From the NCBI RefSeq assembly GCF_036321535.1, contig NC_087458.1, forward strand, positions 4,774,001 through 4,838,000: a DNA stretch of 64,000 nucleotides. Reading direction: 5' to 3'. The notes under the pieces are model-generated. The model worked only from the letters and a program-made list of their open reading frames with translations. It was not told the origin of the DNA and made no database searches. The DNA comes from Camelus dromedarius. Its lineage: Eukaryota. Numbering within the stretch: position 1 is the stretch's first letter; each line of letters begins with the position of its first letter. This document shows, in pieces, positions 38,135 through 64,000 of the stretch. The translations under genes and the position numbers were made by a program.

Positions 38135-39730
38135 CCTTCATGATGTTTTGATTCAAGCCTAATGTGTGAGTCTCAGGGAGATCTCCTGTCCCCTTTGGCC
38201 TCTACTGCCTGAGCAATATGCAAGAAACGGATTGTGAGCCAGGGAGGCATAGGTAAGTGAGGAGAGACAGCACCTGGGATCCCTTGGCTGGCACAGCAGA
38301 TCTCTGGGCACAGGCTGTGTGCACAGCCTATCAATTTAAAGTAGGTTTCTGGGTGCCAGAGGCCTGGGCAACATCAGGAAGATGGTGAATATGATGACCA
38401 CTGGAGCCTGACCGAGGTGATGGAGACGAGGTCTCATAGACTCACTGGTTCAGCGACAACCCAGACCCCACGGGAGGAGAGGTATTGGAATTGGCAAGAG
38501 ATGGCTAAAGAGATAGGACAAGAACCAACAGACGCTCTGTGAGAGGCAGGATGCCTGGGTTTCTTTCTAGCTGCAGATCCCAGGTACCTCTGACCTTTCA
38601 GGCCTCAGGTTTTCCGGGCCCTACAGGGTCAGCTCTCTACTACATAGTCCATTTTCTCCCACGTGGAACTTAGGGGAGGCAGTGTAAGAGATGGGGTGAT
38701 TGCTTCCCCTCTCCTTCCCACTCTACACCATCTTCTAAAAGGACCATGCTGGTGGCTACCCTAGAGCTGCTTTGGAGGACTGTAGTAGTTGGGAAACTGA
38801 AGAAAGGCCAAAAGAGCAGAGGAAGGTAGAACACCATTCTGAGGCTTGGGCATGAGAAAAACTGGCACGGCAGAGGCTGCTGCCCAGACTCCTCTGTTTC
38901 TATCTCAACCTAACAGGGATCTACAGCATGCTAAGAGTTCTCCAGGGAGACAAATGTCCCAGCTTCCTTCATTCTCCCTGTGCCTGTTCAGGGAAGTCCC
39001 CCTGGCAGCTAGCTCTTTATTACTACTGCTGCAGTTCTTGCTCATCCTTTTTACTCTGCATTCAGCAAAAGTGCAGTGAAGCGTGTAACCCAGCTTCCTT
39101 CCTTCCCACTCCTGTGAGTGTCCTCTTAGTCTCCAAATGCCTGCTGGGCCAGGGGCTGGGGGATCCGGCCCCCTTCTCTTTAGGTGGCTAATGTAATTAC
39201 GAACTTTTCTGGCCATTCTCCATGGCTACGGGGTTGGCTTCTGGCCACTTTGCAGGAAGAGCTCAGTGTCAGAACCACTTCTTTCTCTCCTCATATGGGC
39301 TGGGGTCCGGGGCATCACCCCTCAAGGAACAGGATGCTTTCTTCTTTTTGTCTCTGTGTGGTAGTCCAGAGACACATTTGATCCTGGATATTCTCTTTAA
39401 AGCAGACATGAGTGAGGCACAGGAACCTACATGGGGCGGGGGCTCTTAGAAGAAACATTTCTGGAATATCCATGCTGATTGCAGAAAAACCCTTCCCAGA
39501 GGTAGAGAGAGCACCTGGGAAATGGAGGGAGGTCTCCTTGGAGTCCTTCCCCCTTAAGGGTACCTGGGACATCTTAGTTTTCCTGTCAAAGTCCTGTGGG
39601 ACCAGGATCAATGGTTGCCTGTGAGTGGGGTGGGCACAAACCTTCTAGCCTTGACAGGTCTGGCCTTGGCTCTGAGAATGTTATGGAGAAGGGCAGCTGC
39701 AGCTCTGGGACAGGAGGAGGGGGCACTTAC

Positions 39731-39913
39731 CAGGGAAGCTGGAGGGTGGCATCAAGTTGGGTACTGCATCCGTCCAGGGCTGGGGGCCGTCCCATTCAGG
39801 CTGCGCCTCCCCTGTGTGCCTCACTCCCCGATGCCTGCCTGCCTGCCTGCCGGGTCGCCTGCCCGCCCACCGGCCCGCCTGCACTCCGCTGCTGCTGCTG
39901 CAGCCGCTGCTGC
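39731..39913 (-). other. LINGO4: LINGO4 exon 1 (5' part runs into N-run 39914-40058); contains (GGCA)n and (CAG)n tracts and three ATGs
   Basis: Consensus donor ccctg|gtaagt at 39730; GC-rich. Confidence 0.75.
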
Positions 39914-40339
39914 NNNNNNNNNNNNNNNNNNNNNNNNNNNNNNNNNNNNNNNNNNNNNNNNNNNNNNNNNNNNNNNNNNNNNNNNNNNNNNNNNNNNNNN
40001 NNNNNNNNNNNNNNNNNNNNNNNNNNNNNNNNNNNNNNNNNNNNNNNNNNNNNNNNNNGCGCCACTACCGATGGCAGTGGAGGGGAGGGAGCGCAGGGGG
40101 AGGGTCTGGAGCCTCTGGGGCGAGCAGTGGAAGCGGCTGGGCAGTGAGACGGGGTCTCTTGGACATCCTGACTGTCCTCTGGGGAGCTCTGGGGCCAGGC
40201 ACTTTCTGTAGGCTGTCAGTCTCCCAGATGCGGGGCAATTCCGTGCAACCTCTCATTCTAAATGTCCCCTGTGGGCATCATTCGTGGGGAAAGTTCTCAG
40301 TCCAGAACACCAGCTGTGGAGCTTAGTTTGAGATTGCTT

Positions 40340-40361
40340 GGGGGTGGGGGTGGGGGTGGGG
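40340..40361 (+). repeat. (GGGGGT)3GGGG G-quadruplex-forming motif
   Basis: Four G-runs with single-T loops. Confidence 0.7.
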
Positions 40362-41911
40362 AGTTGCTGAGGATCAGCTCTCACGCCTCACTGAGGGGCT
40401 TGCTTAGGGTGGGGGCCAGAATCCTTACAATGCTGATGGCTGGCTGGGCTGGACACCTGGGTCCTCAGGCAGGGATGAAAGTAAAGAGCAGCACGCAGGT
40501 AAACTTAATTAAGGCTTCCCTACCCCGACACACACACCTCTTGCCTTTGAAATCATTTTATAAAGAACTGCACAGGTTGGGGTTTCTGTTTACCCTACCC
40601 TAAGAAGGGAAAAAAAAAAAAAAAAAAACAACCATCCCTACCACCTGCTGTTTATCCCTCTGAGGAGGGCTCACAGCTACTTTTATAAAGCCAAGAGAGC
40701 ACTTGGGCAAGATCACGGCTGGAGAAACAGGCCTCCTTCTCCTGGAGTTGGGGGTACACAGGCACAGAGTGGTGGAATTGTGTCTGCTTCCTTTCTCCAC
40801 GAGAAGAGCAGGGCTTGGGGGAGGGGGCCCACAGTCCTCCGAGGGTCTGTCCTTGGCCTCCTGACTGACCTGTGTCCAGCCATCTCTGCTTCTCTTGGGG
40901 TTTCTTGTGACAGAAGACAGCTGGGGCTGGGTTAGAGTTTGCGCCACCCCAGGTCTAAGATAGGTGAACTGGGACACCATAGAAATATTCTGGGGTCCCT
41001 CAGGATTGGGACTTCCTTGAGGCCACTAAGTTCCTCTGAGCTGTGATCTCAAGGAAGGCAGAGATTGTGTCAGATTAAATGTGTCTACTGAGCTTCATGA
41101 CTGCAGGTTATGTATGTGTTTCATGTGTATGTGGACGTGTGATCAGGTTTGCGTAAACACTGAAGTCCGTTTTTAAAGTGCACATAAGAGGTTTGAGTTC
41201 TAACTCTCTCTGTCTCTTGTCTGCCTCTTGGACTTCATCATACCCATCCCTATACCCAAATCCTGTAAAAATATTAGCCCCAGCCTCTTAATCCTGTCCC
41301 ATCCTTACCCACCACATATTCAGTTTTTTATAGACCCCAGGGTGCCCAACCATTTCCTTGCTGAGCTGGGAGGAAGGGGGAAGACAGAAAATCTAAAGAC
41401 TTAGATTCAAGTTCTACGCAGGTGCTTCTGGGCTCTGGCACCAGTCTCTGAGCTTCATGCATTGCCCCAGCCAAAGCCCCCTGGGAAATGCAATGAGGTA
41501 TTTCAAAGGCCTATTTGTAGCTTCTGAGCACACAGTTGACTTCCATTTGTCCAGGATGCCCTGGATCCCCCTGCTGTCCTGAGGACACCTACGTCCTTCT
41601 GGAAGTCCTTGTATCCCACCCCAGGCCTCTCAGAAGTTGCGGGTGATGGGGCTGAGAAAGGGGCCAGGACAAAGCTTCGGCTGGAGACGATGTTCCTCCA
41701 TCCCCGCCCTCTGGCCCTTGGCCTGCTGCCAGGCAGGCCTGCAGGCAGAAAATCAGTCTCAGCATTTGCTCACCCTGCCCCTGCCCCCCCTCCCACAACA
41801 GGCAGGGACCACCCTCCAGGGGGCAAGGAAAGGAAAAGGCTGAGAGTGGGAGGGGGTCCAGGGAGGTGATCCAGCAGGTTCCAGGGAAGGGAAGGGAATT
41901 TCTCCTCCAGG

Positions 41912-62917
<21,006 letters not shown>

Positions 62918-63159
62918 GGGGCAACTCCCTTGGTGCCGTCCTTGCTGCCCTGGCTGCCCAGGAGGGCAGGGAGCAGGGCCCAGGGGAGGGAGGAGGGAGG
63001 AGGGAGGAGGGAGGGAGCACCTGGCCCGGCAGCAGACAGGGGAAAGGAGTGGCTGGCAGAGCATCCTGGCATCAGGAGGGGGACAAGGGGAGAGAGAGAA
63101 GCAACACAGTTTGGAGCCTTGAGGAGAAACAGGATAGGTGATGGGAAGGGGGCTAGCAT

Positions 63160-63400
63160 TTATTGATCACCTACTGTGTGCTGGGCCCCTTGCTGGTCAC
63201 TCTAGGAAAATCCATGATTTTCTTCAATCCTCCCAACATCCACCATGAGGCAAGCGCAGTTCCTCCAGACAACTATCCAGTGCTCGTAAGCTATGTGATG
63301 CTCAAAGATTGTCACGACTCGCCCAAGGGCTTGCACAAGGACAGGAAGTGCCTGACCTGTGATTTGAACCCAGGTCTTTGTGACTTTAGAATCATTCACT
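63160..63400 (-). mobile_element. MIR SINE just upstream of RORgamma1 exon 1
   Basis: ctactgtgtgctggg...gactcgcccaagggcttgcacaagg..aggaagtg...gatttgaacccaggtctttgtgact. Confidence 0.6.
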
Positions 63401-64000
63401 TTCTATTTGACAAAGACAGGTGGCAGGAACGGGGGAGTTGGGGAGCAGAGAGACGAAGACAGAATGGCTTATTTGGGGGGGGGGGTGCCTCTTCTCCAGG
63501 ACAATGTCAGATTCATCCCAGTGGTTCTCGAGTTTCTTGAGGTCTCTGCCAGCTTAGCTTCTGCCCTTTGCTGTCCTTCCCTAGAATTCCCTTGCTCCCT
63601 GGTGCCTCCACATAGTCCTGGTCTGCTGGGGCCAGGGGCAGGCCTGGAGGAGTGTGCAGAGGCTGAGGAACAATGGGAGAGCAGAGGAGAGGAGACACGC
63701 TACACTGAGCCAGCTGCAGGAGAGAGGCCCCCAGGCTGAGCAGGACCCCTGGGACCTGCACTGAGGAAGGGCTCTGCAGAGAGCCACAGGGTACGACCTC
63801 CAGGTCCTGGATGTCACTAATTTCCTGCACAGCCTTGGCCCAGGGTTTGATTAGCTGGGCCTGGCTCTCCTGGTTACCCAACAGGCCGGCTGGCCAGGGG
63901 CCAGGCTGCAGTGGGGAGGCTCCCTGGCACCTCCTCCTGCTCTCAATCCCAGCTGGTAAACAGCAGAGCAGGGGACAGCCACGCCTCAGCCTCGTGACTG

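Overview
Mammalian genomic DNA, almost certainly camelid (tRNA-Ala-derived vic-1-type SINE at ~37989-38134). It is syntenic with human 1q21.3: MRPL9(-, exons 1-5, 3' end outside window) - OAZ3(+) - TDRKH(-) - LINGO4(-) - RORC(-, both RORgamma1 and RORgammat first exons). I rebuilt all exons by hand from GT-AG signals and remembered orthologue sequences. Predicted lengths are OAZ3 234 aa (CUG start plus +1 frameshift at TCC-TGA), TDRKH 561 aa, LINGO4 593 aa and RORgamma/RORgammat 518/497 aa. Two N-runs hide most of TDRKH exon 4 and RORC exon 4, so those exon ends are inferred. No wholly new gene system could be established. The best leads are: (1) layered OAZ3 recoding, including an alternative AUG first exon antisense to MRPL9 exon 2; (2) an in-frame 26-aa N-terminal extension plus uORFs in LINGO4; (3) a start-stop uORF in TDRKH; (4) an unidentified ~1 kb TSD-flanked retro-insertion; (5) a RORE/RUNX/Maf cluster, an antisense TATA+Inr and a CTCF-like site inside RORC; (6) an orphan TM-coding exon-like segment between LINGO4 and TDRKH. 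Gene identities and comparisons with human or mouse come from memory and were not database-checked.
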